Made by a program: the position numbers and the translations under genes
The notes under the pieces: model-generated
What the model was told of the DNA's origin: nothing
The model's database searches: none
What the model saw: only the letters and a program-made list of their open reading frames with translations
NCBI GenBank assembly: GCA_026770705.1
Contig: JANJGN010000025.1
Coordinates: 28,954,001 to 29,018,000 of the forward strand
Direction of reading: 5' to 3'
Source: Isurus oxyrinchus
Taxonomy: Eukaryota
Length of the DNA: 64,000 bases
In this document: positions 50,391 to 64,000 of the stretch, one piece after another
Position numbering within the stretch: position 1 is the stretch's first letter
How the letters are laid out: each line of letters begins with the position of its first letter

Positions 50391-51465
50391 TGCGCCACCT
50401 TATCGGCACTGGGATAGCTCGAGGTCCTCATTTAGCCAGGCTGGTGGTGGCCTTAACACCGACGGCTGGCTTCGCTGCTCTAAGTAGCAAAGTCTAGGAT
50501 TTGTATTTGTGCCTGTCACTTTTTGAAAGGTTGGATCAAATGAAACTGTACCATTTACAGCAGAAAACAGCAGATGAATTATAGGTTAATTTAGCTTCCA
50601 TTTACTGCTCTAAATGGGGTAGAAGATTAGTACCGAATTCACGGTTTCTGATTTCAGCAAGATGAGTAGATCAGTTTTTTTTAGGCCAACAGCAATAGTA
50701 ATCCGCTAATGGCTTTTAATAGCTACAGTTTAAACATGCTTACAACAAAGTTACAATGTGTGAATTGCTCTGAGGTTCGACTTAATGGTGTCTGTACTTC
50801 CTATTGTGAAAGGAAAATCATCCAAAAAGTGTGTTAGAATCATTTTAGAAGTGTTATGTCTTGGAAAATGAAGGAAAAAGCACTTGTAGTACGTGGGGAG
50901 TGTTAGAATGGGAGAGCCGAAGAGAAGGTGATCCTTGTGTTCTTTAAGATTTAAAACTGCTTTTCCTGAATTATGAACGGAGAGCCATCAAAATAATCAC
51001 AGACTTTTATTTTCTGGATGTGTCACAGCAAACAAACCGATCTTAATTATGTACAGTATTCTTCAGTAAAAGCTAGCAACAGACTCAAAATGCTGAAGGC
51101 TTTAAGGCAGGAATGTCTTGTTAAAAAGTGAAACGATAACTGTCTGAGGGTTTCAGCCATTTCAAAAGAATTCATAGGGCGGGATCCCCTTCAACCCCCC
51201 CCCCCCCCCCCCCACCCGCCACTAAGTGTGGTGGTGGGCATGAAAATCAATGTTTTACTCACTGGCCGCAATGGCAGGCTCTCGCTTTGTATCGTCCGCT
51301 TCCAGCCTCATTAAATATGTACACAAGGGAAACATGCCAGATTGCTGGCGGGCGGTCTCTGTCCTGCCGAGAGCTCACCGATTCCTCACTCTAGGTGCCA
51401 TATTTAAAGTGCAGCCGCGCACAATGTTTTCAATGTCTGCAGTCCAGCACTGCTTCACTGAAGAC

Positions 51466-53250
51466 ATGGTCCTGAAAACCAAGAAGACAGCAGCCCCTAA
51501 ATTCAGTGATGTCTCACTGGAAAGCCTTCTCGACGCAGTTGCAGCCCTCCGCGATGTCCTCTACCGTCACTCTGGCTGCAGGCGGTCCAGCAAGCTAACC
51601 AATTCAGCTTGGGAGGCGGTAGCAGTGGTGCTCAGTGCCAACGCTGCACTGGAGAGGTCAAGCACCCAGTGCAGAAAGAGGATGAATGATTTCATCTGTA
51701 CCCCCAGGGTAAGTCAACCATCTCATCACTCTCAGCTCACACACTCACAAGCCCATCATTCACTGGCATCTCACTCACAGCCAGCACAAGGGACATCACC
51801 ACTCAGTCTCACACATACCCGCACATCTCCATCTGGTCTCATCTTCTCTGGAGATCACGTCCTCATCCCATCAATGGCTCTCCTCACCACCCACAAATGC
51901 CAGACATCCTTATCATCTTCCCTGTCATGCACCTTGTTCAGACTCTCTCCATCCGTCTTTATGCAGGAGAACATCGCACACAATTGCAGGGAGAGGTCCC
52001 AGATTGGCGGGGGGGGGGGCTGCTGGATTGCCAGAACTCAAGGCCCTTTCTCAGTTCGAAAACTGAGCCATTTTGCTGGCCAGAGAGGACGTGGACCATA
52101 CCTGTGGCAACTGTAGTGTCATCAACAAACACCCACGTGAGGATCCTGCACCAGCTCATCCCTCAGACAACCATGCTGTGAGTGCATTGACCTGTTTTAT
52201 AGCTGCCAATCATGAGCTAATTATCTCTACTTTCTTTCATAGGAACCTCAGGCAAGCACTCGACAGCCTCAACCAGCCTAACCCTTAGCTTAAGCCTGGA
52301 CAACGCTCTGGATGAGGATCCTGAGGACACCACATCAGAAGACCTGGCACAGCACTCAGCAACATCCTCCACCAGCACAGAGACACACACCTCAGAAGGA
52401 CCTAGTTCTAGATTCAGTGACATAATCTGGTGAGCACAGCACACAATCTGGTCCGCAGCTGACAGAGGCAGGGACACCTGAGGTTGCCGGCACTTGGAGG
52501 ACTGCTCCTCCAGTACTCTGCTGAGTCTGAGATGATAAGCCTCTGGACTCAGTCCTAAATCAGTTTCTGGAGCTGCAGTGACAATCACAGGAACATCAGG
52601 GAGGGATGTCAGCTGCACTCCTCAGATTGTAATGGACGATGGAGGAGTCCCTCCTCATTCAATCTGAGGTGATAGTGCCAGCATGCCAATGTACTGTGGT
52701 CAACACTAGCAGGGTGGCAACTGCCATGGAGACCATGGTCCAGGGCATCAGGCCTGCACTGGTGCAGAAGACGACCTCCATTGCTGTAGCTGTTGGTGGC
52801 ATCCATCAGTGGCCATGCGAGAGGAGAGGGGGCTGTGCACTGAGATCTGACTCCATCTACCCCTTCTCCTCAAGGAGTCAGCCAGCGGCCCTCAGGCACC
52901 CATTAGGAGAACCAGCAGATGGACACCCTGGGACTATCCACCCAGGTGACTCCAGGAGTATCCAGCTAATCCTAATCTCCTCTCCTATGACCCCATCATC
53001 TCCAGCTCCACAGGCCGAGGAGGGTGAACCTGCCCCACAGAAGGAGACCCAAGGCAGGCTGGGGCCCTCCAATTCTCGGCCCTCCAGAGGATGTCTCCCA
53101 AAGTCATCAGAGACAACAGGACATAACAGTCAGCAGGCTGCCTCCACCTCTGCTGTGGATGTCAGGGATGCACCCAGACATAGCAGTAGAGTTAGGAAAG
53201 CAAAAAAAAATCTAGGACCCAACGGGGGCATGGGTGTTCACAACATGTAG
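51466..53250 (+). pseudogene. Harbinger Myb/SANT-like DNA-binding protein, three exons (51466-51708, 51967-~52177, ~52243-53250), decayed
   Basis: AAPKFSDVSLESLLDAV..AWEAVAVVLSA..RSSTQCRKRMNDF; donor AGG|gtaagt at 51709; acceptor atgcag|ENIAHNCRERSQIGGG; second intron gtgagt..tttcatag; frameshifts and stops downstream. Confidence 0.85.
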
Positions 53251-54961
53251 ATAACGTTCACAAATGTAAATAGAATTACACCCATTTCACACCTCTTGTG
53301 TGTGCCTTCTTTTTATGATGAACCATGTTGCTGTCAATCAAATATGACATCATGGTCCTTCCCCACACTTAGCATAGCTGTCACTATCATGGACCTCTCG
53401 TCTATGTCGTGTGCTTCCATATCACCACAGTATGTGCCCCTTTCTCAGATCATTTTTGACATCAGTAATGCCTCGACCTTAATGTTCAGTGTGCTTGTGG
53501 AAGGAACCTCGTTCACATGCTTTGCAGGGTTATGTCATGTTTATTCTTGGCTGGAAAAGTTTTAGGCAGAAGTCCGCTCAAATTTCATCTGCATTCTTGA
53601 AAGGTGAAGATGTAGTGTAAAAGGAGAGATATGTTTATACTTGGAGAAGGGTCCTTTTCTGGGATGCAGTTCCATGGAACTTTTGCAATCAAATGATTAT
53701 TCAATTTTGAGCTTTGATTGTGAATGTAAGCAACTTTAATCACCCATGTCATTAGAACACTTTCAGTTCCTCTCAGGAGGTGGTGGCATAGTGGTAATGT
53801 CTCCATGTGCTCTCTATCATCCGGCAGGGCTTTCATGCCGGGAGCCCATATTCAGAGCTCGTGTGCGCTCCTGTCTGCCAACCGCGTTTCTGACTTTCTG
53901 AGTGTACATCTGCTAAGCTCACTAATAAGTGGGAGCACTTTGCCACCTCAAGGGACCAAATCTCTGCCCCTCGCAACCACATTATTGCCCTGGCACTCAA
54001 ACCTACAACCTTGGTCGTTTCTCAACGTGTAATTGCCTGGATTGCGGCCACAAGACTCTCATCACAACATTGGGATGCAGCACTGTGTATTCTATCACCT
54101 AAACACTCACCGGGATGTATGGTGAAAATTACAAATGGTGATTTCTGGCAGTAAATAGAGCCTTTGAGCACGCTCTGGAAACGCACGTTGTAGCTTTAGA
54201 CAAGGTTAAGGGGAGCATTGGGATAGGAGCGAGGATGTACTGAAGCTGAAGTCTGCTCTTTATTAGCAATGACTGGTCACCTCAAGGGCCTCATGGCTTC
54301 TGAGCATTTTGGAGTTTTCAAGGGCCAGGCCTGGCCACAAGGGCACATGTGTGTCTTGAAGAGGAGGGATTTTAATATCTGGCACACAAGCGGCTGAGCA
54401 TCGTCATCTTCAGGTGGTCCACATGCACAGTAAGGTGGGGATAAGAGCAGACCAGCATTCCTAACTGAGAATGCCGAATGTTAATATGATAGAGAAGAAG
54501 GTTGCACAGAGGATTGAATTATCTCTGAATAGATGCACACCTGCAGAACATCCTTGGCTGCCTTGGCCCAAGTGTCAATGTCACCAGCGAGGTTACACAG
54601 AATGCGTTGTCCCATTGTTGGAGGTGGATCTCATTGAGGAGATACATCACATTGAAGGCATAAGCTACGAACCCACTGAAGAAAGTGGAACAGCTCCTGG
54701 CTCTTGTGGGGTGTCGTTGTGACTGGGATGCTGGAGAGACGCTTGAAGGGGCAGCACCTGCGTGTGGTGCCAGAACTCCCTCCTCCAGTTACACCTCATC
54801 TCAGCAAGGGCACATGCTCCTTAGGTTTTAAAGGATCAGGACATTGTGATCCTGATGTGTAACCATTCACTCCCGTATTGAAATGCAGTTTGAAATGAGA
54901 GGAATAGCAACCCTGGTGTTAATGTTGGCCTTTGATGGAAGGCACTTGTCCAAGAGGGTAC

Positions 54962-55850
54962 TCATTGCAACTCGTCATCCTCCTCATGGAATCTGGTGAC
55001 TATGATGGCCTTACATTCATGCCTGCCTTTTCTGGCCCACGCTATGGTCTCTTCTCCTGCAGCTTTGGCTTCCTCAAACTCAATGTCCTCATCCCTTTCG
55101 ATCTCCTCCTCATCGGAGGAGATGTGCAGCTCCTCCATGTTGGCATCTGGCAAATCCACCCCCTTTGCAGCACCAGGTTGTGCAGTGCACTGTGAGCCAA
55201 TGTTATCTGTGAGACCCTCTGGGGGCTGTACTGGAGTGCTCCGCCAGATCTGTCCAGGCGTCAGAATTGCATCTTAAAGATGCCAATGGTTTGCTTCAGC
55301 AAAGCTTGGGTAGTGGCATGAGCATAATTGTACCTTCTCTCTGCAGGTTACTGTGGCTGCTGTACGGGCATCATCGGCCATGTCCTTTGTGGGTACCTTG
55401 TCACCAAGGAGCTCCCCCCACAGATCCTGTGTGGTCACGCAAAGATGTCCAGTATCTGCAATCTCCTCAAGGTGTATGGCTCCTGGATCCTTCCTGGGTA
55501 TCTGGCACAAATCTGCATGAAAAGTTTCCTATGGTCACAGACCAGCTGTACATTGGGAGAGTGGAAGCCTTTCCTGTTTATTTGTTGCAGTGCCTGTTGC
55601 CAAAGAGCTTTTATAGCTACATGAGTGCAGTCAATGGCACCCTGCACCATGTGGGCATCTGGAAATCGCTACAAAGCCCAGTGTTCTAGTGCGCTGGCCT
55701 GCTTGATCTCTGTCAAAGCTGACTTAACTGTGGGCTTTGGCAAAAAGGGTGCCTGTTACCTCATGTATGCATTTGTGATTGAACGCTTGAGAGATCCCGC
55801 AGAGGTCCCCAGCAGAGCCCTGGAAGGAGACACTCACATACAAAAACCTG
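54962..55850 (-). pseudogene. Harbinger DDE transposase (HARBI1-like), 5'-truncated and frameshifted
   Basis: SFQGSAGDLCGISQ, VQGAIDCTHVAIKA, NRKGFHSPNVQLVCDH..ICARYPG, LLGDK, acidic C-terminus SSDEEEIERDEDIEFEE. Confidence 0.92.
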
Positions 55851-55883
55851 GATCTACCCTGTGTCTCATTAAAATATTAAATA

Positions 55884-55885
<2 letters not shown>

Positions 55886-55918
<33 letters not shown>
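55886..55918. repeat. (TA)n microsatellite
   Basis: Uninterrupted TA run. Confidence 0.95.
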
Positions 55919-55922
<4 letters not shown>

Positions 55923-56595
55923 TATATCCTTTTATTAATCTCATCACCCATCTGAAATGGTGGCTGAGTTGTTAACTAATGGAATTTAATCATGATGGAT
56001 TTGTTTTCTTGACTCACATCTAATGCTTTATTGTTACTCTCAAAGACGACATTGGTGCATCCACAACTGCATTAGTAGAATCTTAAATCCTGTTATATAA
56101 CCTGACACTTTTAAATGTAATTGTATCTATGAACATGCTTTAATTTTTCAATAATCCATCGTGGAACCTGATGAGCATGAATGAACAATGGAATTATGTG
56201 AATATTCACAGCTGCAGTTGCTTATGTAAGTTTTCTTTCTCATTTACAACTTAACATGTCACCTACAAAAAGAAAAATCTGTAGTTTTGGAAGCAGCAAG
56301 TCATTTGAATACATTTTTTTCAGCTACTTACTGATTAATTGAAAAGTACTATTACTGGTAATGGACCACTGATTCTTTACTCTTCATTGTAATTCCCTTT
56401 GATGAAAACTAGGCCTGGAACAGGTAATGGTTTTATGGATTGACTGTTTGAGAGATGAACACATTAAAATACTCCCCTTACATACTAATGTTATAACAAA
56501 ATAAAATCAAAGGGTACTTATTCTAAGAAAAAGCCTGTCTTAAATCCATTACGAACCCGTGTAAGAATTTGTGACTTTGGTTATTGTGCTAATTC

Positions 56596-56742
56596 TTTTT
56601 TTTAATTCATGGGATGTGGGCGTTGTTGGCTGGGCCAGCATTTATTGCCCATCCCTAATTGCCCTTGAGAAGGCAGTGGTGAGGTGCCTTCTTGAACTGC
56701 TGCAGTCCATGTGGTGTAGGCACACCGACTATGCTGTTAGAT
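56596..56742 (-). mobile_element. LINE 3' tail
   Basis: VGVPTPHGLQQFKKAPHHCLLKGN and T-rich end. Confidence 0.85.
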
Positions 56743-57961
56743 GTTTTGTATGTTCTGTTCAGGTTGTAGCTTAACATTTTACAAAAACTATAAGGAAAGG
56801 CCGCAATAATACCTTGCTTGGGGTTCCCCAAGGAAGTCTCCACTGCCCCATAAAAAGTGATTTATGTTATGCTAAGATGGAGGGAAATTGACTGCTTTTT
56901 TCATTAAAAATATATATAATTTAAGCAAAGTATGAAGGTGCACCCTCAGTATGCTGCCTGTACATCCCTGCATGCTGTCTCTGAGCAAGAGGGATGTTAT
57001 ACTGAGCCTATTGCACTTGCTGCTGTGAAACATGCTGCTATAGAAACAGGGTCAGTCTGCAGGGTACAGAGGCACGTTACCAATGTCCTTAGTGCAGTTC
57101 CACCTTGGCAGACTAGCATATTAGGTGTTTAAGTAAAACATTAAAGATTTTTAAGTTTAAAGTTTGGTGTTGTTAAAGATAAAATTACATTAATGTAATT
57201 TCAATTACCAACAACATTGTACCACAATTTTCTGTTGTTTATCACCAAAACCCTAAGTTCTGGACCAAATGTCTGTCTGCATTCTCCGATGGTTTACTTT
57301 GTTTTTTCTTCCTTGCCCATTTTCCATTTCTCTTTCACTTGAAGGTGTTGATCCCTCATTGGGATATGTTTCCATGGGCACTGTATGGGCTCCAGTTCTT
57401 CCTTCATGTGGTCAATATTCATGTTTTGTTAGCACATCCCAGCAATCTATTTGAGGTATCGTGGTTGGGCCTGGATCCTATGCTCACAGGACAAACACAT
57501 GTTTGTACAACATTGTATCAGGATCCAGAGTGAAAAACCTTGCCATTCTTTCTGTAACCAATGTCTCTAACACTGCCATGGATGCCTTTAGTTAACTATG
57601 CATTGATTGAGGATTGAAACTCATTGGATCTGAATATTCCTCTTTTCACCATCACCCTACCTGAATTGTTACCATACTCCCTTATACATTTGCAGTATGC
57701 CCCCAGTACTGTTGTCAAGGTTGGTGCAAAACATTGCTTACAAGCAATTCAGATGGTGTGAAGTTTAAAGTGACACTATATTTGTGTATCATACTCATTT
57801 CAGCTCTAGTGTGTTAGCATTACTTAAACAAGATGTAGTGAGAAATGCAAGCAATTAACAATGCAAATTCCGTGTTTGCATGACCTTGATGGTTAGTGAA
57901 TACAGTACTGTTTGGATTGGTATTTGTTTTGATTCTGTTAATATCAGCTCCCCTTATTCTG

Positions 57962-58170
57962 AAACAACACCAACTTGTAATAAATAGCGCCTTTAACATA
58001 ATCAGCCTCCTAAGGTACTTGACAGGTAGCCAAATGAAAATCAATGCTGAGCCAGAAAGGACAAATTATAAGGGAAAAGACTGAAAGTTTGATTAAAAAG
58101 ATGCATTTGGGGGAACCTTTTAAAGGAGCACAAGACAAAGGGCTTTATGGAGGTATTTCCAGAGTTGGAC
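57962..58170 (-). mobile_element. L2 3' tail, old
   Basis: aacaacaccaacttgtaataaatagcgcctttaacata.., homologous to 14235-14450. Confidence 0.55.
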
Positions 58171-61100
58171 TCTTTTTGTTATGCACCATGAGAATGAACA
58201 GTAAGGGAAAAATTAACTAAATGCAAAGTCAGTTGTGATTCAGGATAATACTACCTTACCCAGCTCATTTTATTTGTTCATTCATTTTACTGTTTTTCTT
58301 GAAGTTTTAGTGGACTTACTTACAGTATGTTACATAACTTTAATAATATAGATTTTACAGTACCACAATAAGATAGTTAATTTCACACAGTGATGAAAAG
58401 TGATTATGATTCCAGTTTGTACAAAAATCTAAATGAGCAACTTTGGCAAAATAATTACTTTTTAATGGACAGTTTAAAAAAAACAGAGCTCTACAACTTA
58501 TTTTTAGGCAAGGACTCCTTCTTAATCCTTTTTAATTTTAACTGGATCAATAGATATTCAAACTCTTACAAAAACGCTGGGTGATTAAGTTGTTCAACAC
58601 CAGCTGCTTACGCCTGTCAGGCCCATCTATCTATCAGCCTAATTTAGTGGTGTCTGCTTATCTCAGGTGCGCCATGTGTTGAAAGAGCATAACGCCAGTC
58701 TGTGACAGTTAATAAACTCTAACATTAAAATCTCCATGCTTGTCATTTCCAGAGCATCCTTTGTGTTAATGCTTTATGACACAACCCTAGAGATGGGCAT
58801 AAGATGCCAGGCCCTTTCGGCCTGATCTTTTTCTTTTGATGTGCAAAAAAGATAAATGGGGAGAAATAATGGCACTCGAGCTACAACCCATTCCTCTCTT
58901 ACAGCATCTCACGGAGAATAAGCCAGGCACTTTTTATGTATAATTAAATCGAGCTGGCTTTCTGTAGGTATGCAGATTCTGAGAAATGATGTATGGTGCA
59001 ATAGTCTGGTAGGGGCTGATTTGATGTAAATGAAACTAATTAAGGAAATGTCAAACATAATTAATAAAACAGGTTTAAGTTGCAAAACATTGTCAGCTGA
59101 ATGAATGAGGATGCAATCCTTCCCATTGTTTCTGCTTTATTTAGAGCATTCAATTAGGTCACATATCTCTCTGAAGTGCTTTTTCCACCTCACCTCCTCT
59201 TAGCCTATTCCCAGAGTGGGGGAAAATAAATTTGCCTGTCTGTCTGGTGACTGAAAAAAATTAATTGCCAAAACCTCATCCTGTCCAAGTATTACATTCT
59301 AGTTGCAGGACATTAACATAACCAATTTGCGTGAACTAACTGGTGACTACTTAATAGAGCATCTGACCGCTGATAAGCCTCAGCTGCAGCACATTAACAT
59401 TTTCATAATATAAAAATATTATAGTTGTATGATTTGGCAATGGCCATTCATTATTGATAAGAACAAAGGTTTTATAAATTACAAAGGAGTGCATGACCTA
59501 TAATTACGGTGAGCAAATTAGGGTGTGCTGTGAAGTCAGTTACATTTCCCTAGAAGTAATGATGCTAGAGACCTTTCTCTCCCTTGGGATTATAAAAATA
59601 ATGGATTCCCCTACTGCTGCAGATGGGGTTGTGAATGAGCCAAGGCTGTCATCTTGGACAGTGTTTATACAGGCTACAGCTCATGGTTCCAAGCCCCAGT
59701 GATCTCCATCTCTCACCCACTTTGTTGTTTGGGGGTGTTGGGGGAGATGGGGGTGGTGCACAAAACACATATGCCCCCTATTCAATTTAAACAAGAATAT
59801 CCGCACATAATATATTATACTTGAAAGCAGTAATCGCAGGCAAATTAACAAGAGCAGGCTACTGTAAAAATGAAGTATCTTAGCATTAAAGGATTCACTA
59901 TTCATGAGCAGAGCTGCAAAGTACTATTGAATGCTGCAATTTGCTATGAAAGCAGCCCACTTTTACTGTATTGCCATTAAGCACCAATAGTTTCAAAAAT
60001 GAAAAGCAGTCAGAAGATTAAATATTTAATTTTACAATAATGGGTACAAATGAATTGATAAGAAAGCAAGTATTATTGCTGAAAACTGTTAATAAAGTGC
60101 CTACCTTGTTATGTTGTTGGTGTTGGACTCAGCAAAAAATGTGACTTGAGGGCATTAGCAAACAATTTTGTCAGACTGAAACCTAGATATTACCCACCAT
60201 TTACCCAAATCTGCAATTTAAGAAGGCACAATTTAATGAGGAGTAGTCTATTGGACAGGGCATGAGACACGGCTTCTCAGTAATGAGACCTTCAACAAAG
60301 TCATTCTGGTCTTAGATTAACTAAAGCCAAGTGACAAAAGTACTTTATCACCTTACACTGCAAGTATTATATAATAGTCAACAATGCCCTTCTCTCAAGC
60401 AGGCAGACACTTTCAAATTGTCCACGTGCTATTGAATTTAGGAAACATTCATAATCTTAGTTCTGTTGCTAAATTGTATAAATCTGGTTCCTCCTCCCCA
60501 TCTGACAGTGTTTGCTGCCTTCAGGAATAGATGGGCCATCTGATGGTTTGTAATCTCATAGGGTGTTGTTATCAAGTGGAGTCGACACTGAAGAATATTT
60601 CCAATTAAAAGCTGTAGAATCCCTTTAATCTTGACCCTAAAATTGAATATTAAATCTGCTGTGATCAGGTCTTTTCAAATTATTTCATGTAGTTTAGGAA
60701 TGTTCTTAAATATGTACTTTTTGCCTCTAAAATCTAAAAGACTTTCAACTAAATTATTATTAATAGAATTCTTAAAGCCCCATAAAACAATAATAGTTTT
60801 AAATTTAGATATAACTTTTAAGGACATTTGTAAGTTTTATTGATAAATTTCCTTCTTAATCTAAGAGACTTAACATGCAGCTATTTACATTTTAGATAAA
60901 ATAATCTAGTTAGCCTTCTTGTTGCAACAGTTGTATAAAAAAATCTACTGTACACTGACTCAGCGTTGTTCCAGAAAAGTGTGGTTTGACATCAGTCTTG
61001 GGGGCTCAGTCAATGTTCATAAACTAAAATACCTTGAAAACAAATTAAAATAAAGAGACTCAGAAAATCTCTATAGTGTTGATGACTATATTATTATTAT

Positions 61101-62564
61101 TCTATAGAATATTCTGTAAATATTCAAATCAACTAGCTGATTGAACTAGCACGAGGAATGATCAGTGCAACATATCAAATGCTCCCAAATTGTATTCCAT
61201 TGAGTCTGGTCTACTTGTATGTTTAATACATCAATACATCAATGTATCCCACACAATTATTTGTATGATCCTTTATCCAGCATAAATTTAATCCAAATAA
61301 TAATCTATTCTCTTTTTCCGTTTTGCATTCCCATTACGGTTTAAAGTGAAAGATCTTGCATTATAAAAGGGGGCCAGTTGAGTTAATTTATTGGGATCCA
61401 AGCTCTAGCCATAGGTGACAGAGCCTGTTGGTCATTTATCTAATTGTGCTATGCAGATAAGAATTAATTAGTCTTATTATTTTTCTCATTTTGGATGGCT
61501 TTCCCATCTGGATGGTATAAATTCCTCTGTGCAGGTGATTAATTGCTAGGCCTGTAGCTGGCTGATGTGGATGCTTTTACAGATAACCACCAAATTGACA
61601 ACATTTCTGATCGAGGATGACTGCCAGACTCAGAAGTAACATCTTATAGAATATCTTGAAAATTCTCACCATTATCTCCATGAGGTACTTTATTTTATGC
61701 AATTAAATTGCACCCAAGTTGGCTGAATGCATCCACAAGCAGAATCTAACAAGTAGCCCAACCTTGAGCATGAGTCACTTGTAATCAGCTACATGCCAGA
61801 GATGTATTTTTGACCAGTGTTACTGTCATTAGGATTATACCTCACCAGGCAAAGAAATATACTTGGGTTATTGGAAAAGGTAAACTTGTATTTCTTGTTT
61901 ATTTTTGGAACAACTGGCCTTGATCATATAGTTAGGCAAGAGGTTACTTGTGCAATTTCTTTTGAAGCAATCAATGCTCTGGGGGCGGAGGGCACTACGA
62001 AGGAGGAAGGTTCACATACGCTTTTGTGTCACTTCTGAGTCAAGAGAATGGGTCAGGTCTACGCTTGACAATTTACATATTCACCGACCACATGTTTTTT
62101 TAAAATATCCAATTTCAACTGTTTTTTTAAAAAAAACGTTCTTGTCCTTATCATATGCGGACTAAGGTTGATGGATAAGGGTAGGATTGTGCCTTAGAAA
62201 TGCTTCCTCTGGGCATTTGTCTAAGATTGTCAGAACTCGTTCTATTTAAGTTTCTTTACAACTATTAGCACAAAGTGACCTCAGTTACTCATCTCTGGGC
62301 TGGGATTAGCTTCAAATCTCCAAAGGTAAAGGGCTGTGTTGCCCATTTCTCATTGTTACTTAAACAAAACAAACTTGAAAGGAGTCATCTATTAGAATGC
62401 ATTATGAGCAACGCTTCCCCATGTGTTTAATGAGCTACAATTTGGTTGTTCTACTTATGGATCTTGTATCTTACTACGAATGGACTATACAGCGAACAGT
62501 TTTAAAAAATTTTTCATCAACATTTGGTAAAAAGGCAATTAGTGTGTTATAAACAAATAATTTG

Positions 62565-64000
62565 GCCCAGATCTTTGGGTCTCCAGATAGTCAGTGACTA
62601 GATGTACCCCTCAAGATAAGCCATGGGACCCCTCGGAAGTACCAACGCAATGACGCTATAGAAATTGCTCGGGAAGTTTGAACTTCAGATGCACAATTCC
62701 CCTGCTCCCCGGGACCATCTGAAAAAGTCTCGGACTCTGAGTTAGAGTCAGAGACTTTGGACAGTTCCAACTTACTTACCTGGGTAATTACCCAGGAAAT
62801 GTTACACAGAAAAAAACCTATTCTAACTCCGGGGTAACTATGCAACTGACTCCCCAATCATGCCCTGACTCCCCCAGCTAATCTTACACACCCTACCCCT
62901 TCTCCCACCCTAACCCCTTACACACTCACTTTCTCTCCATAGTTCTTCAAATAAGCTTTTTGAAATTTAGGCCTGGATTTTCACTGAGTTGGGTTGGCTC
63001 AGGAACTCTTTAAAGATGGTGGACCAGCCCTGATTCTGAGATTTCAGACTCCATTCTTGGGCTATCTAATTTTTGGGACAGCATTCCTGACCTGACAGGC
63101 TCCATTGCAGAGGTAGGTATCCTCTACTCCTCTGCAATTTTCATGAGGTTGGGCTAGGTTTTTAAAGAGTTATGGTTCAGGGCCCCTTAGAGGCTTCATG
63201 AACTCTAGTGTGCATTAGGGGACCTTTTAAAAGGTAAGTTCACATGGTCCTCTCATACTCCCTGGGCCAATTTACACCCACCACCCGCCCTCTATATCCT
63301 CTCATGTCCCCTGTGCCAAGCTTTGCCCTTCCACCCCCCTCCAGTGTCCCCTCATGCCATCTATGGCAAGCTCTGCTCTTCCATCCACCTGCTCAGGCCT
63401 CTCTTGCCCCCATGCCAGGCTCTGCACTTCCATGCCCATTGGCTCACTGCACATTTTCTAGAACTAATGAACTCCATAGTGTAAAGTGGTATGTGTAAAA
63501 AAAAAACTTTGAAAAAATGTAATCCATTGATCACTTACTCCTATGAAAAAAACAGTCTGGATGCCAAACTAATAAAAATGTCAAAAATCCAGGCCCTATG
63601 AAACTTAAAAAAACCATAAACCATTAATACTTGAAAATACGACTTATGTCAACAAACATTGTGAAATTGACCACAGTGATCAGAGATCTTGAGCTGTCAA
63701 TAAAGCAATGTTTCCTCTGGGGAGCAAGTGTTCTGTTATTCTAATAGATGACTGGACTCTCAGCCAAACCGTATATGTGCCACCTGGTTGGGTTACTGTG
63801 ATGGGCACTTGTAGCATTGAAAGATAGAAGTTTGAACTATATGTAGGTGAATCTGCTACTTGTTATGAAACCCAAACTTACCTTAATGTTGAGTGAGGAG
63901 GTTGGGTAGCTCAAGCCCTGACAAACCTCAGACTTCCCACGCACGAGCAGCTAGGGGGCAGGCTGCATCCGCACAATTCCACCCATCTGCATCTTTAAGT
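62565..64000. mobile_element. Harbinger-like non-autonomous fragments (62565-~62930 and 62971 to window end)
   Basis: GGCCCAGAT and GGCCTGGATTTTC starts; C-rich catgcc block is the reverse complement in style of 39830-40296. Confidence 0.45.

Larger units (their letters stand above)
51177..55860. mobile_element. Formerly autonomous PIF/Harbinger transposon (Myb gene + DDE transposase, convergent), right end lost
   Basis: Left TIR-like GGGCGGGAT at 51177; plus-strand Myb/SANT gene; minus-strand HARBI1-like transposase; truncated just before a (TA)n run. Confidence 0.9.

Noticed and set aside
51195-51218. Poly-C tract as a G-quadruplex regulatory element
   Set aside because: Homopolymer in the transposon subterminal region; length is error-prone and there is no supporting context.
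51250-52116. 288-aa ORF as a single-exon gene
   Set aside because: It reads through the 51709-51966 intron and upstream subterminal sequence; only 51466-51708 and the part from 51967 look like Harbinger Myb exons.
54962-55850. Domesticated HARBI1 gene
   Set aside because: Frameshifted, truncated and paired with a Myb gene inside a transposon.

Overview
Repeat-dense vertebrate genomic DNA, most likely a shark or other elasmobranch (inferred from the repeat families, not proven). No intact host protein-coding gene could be identified. Most listed ORFs are fragments or antisense shadows of decayed transposable elements: CR1, L2 and RTE LINEs, a Gypsy provirus, a two-gene Harbinger transposon with many MITE derivatives, tRNA-derived SINEs, and Penelope-type inverted repeats carrying minimal hammerhead ribozyme motifs. 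The most unusual feature is a structurally complete LTR element at 17607-22389 (paired LTRs, 5-bp TSD, PBS, PPT). It has no RT, RNase H or integrase core and instead carries a decayed coiled-coil reading frame collinear with the host gene UACA, later split by a LINE insertion. A probable 3' end of an unidentified minus-strand host transcript lies near 36.5-38.4 kb. All protein similarities are recognised from memory of the families, not from database searches.
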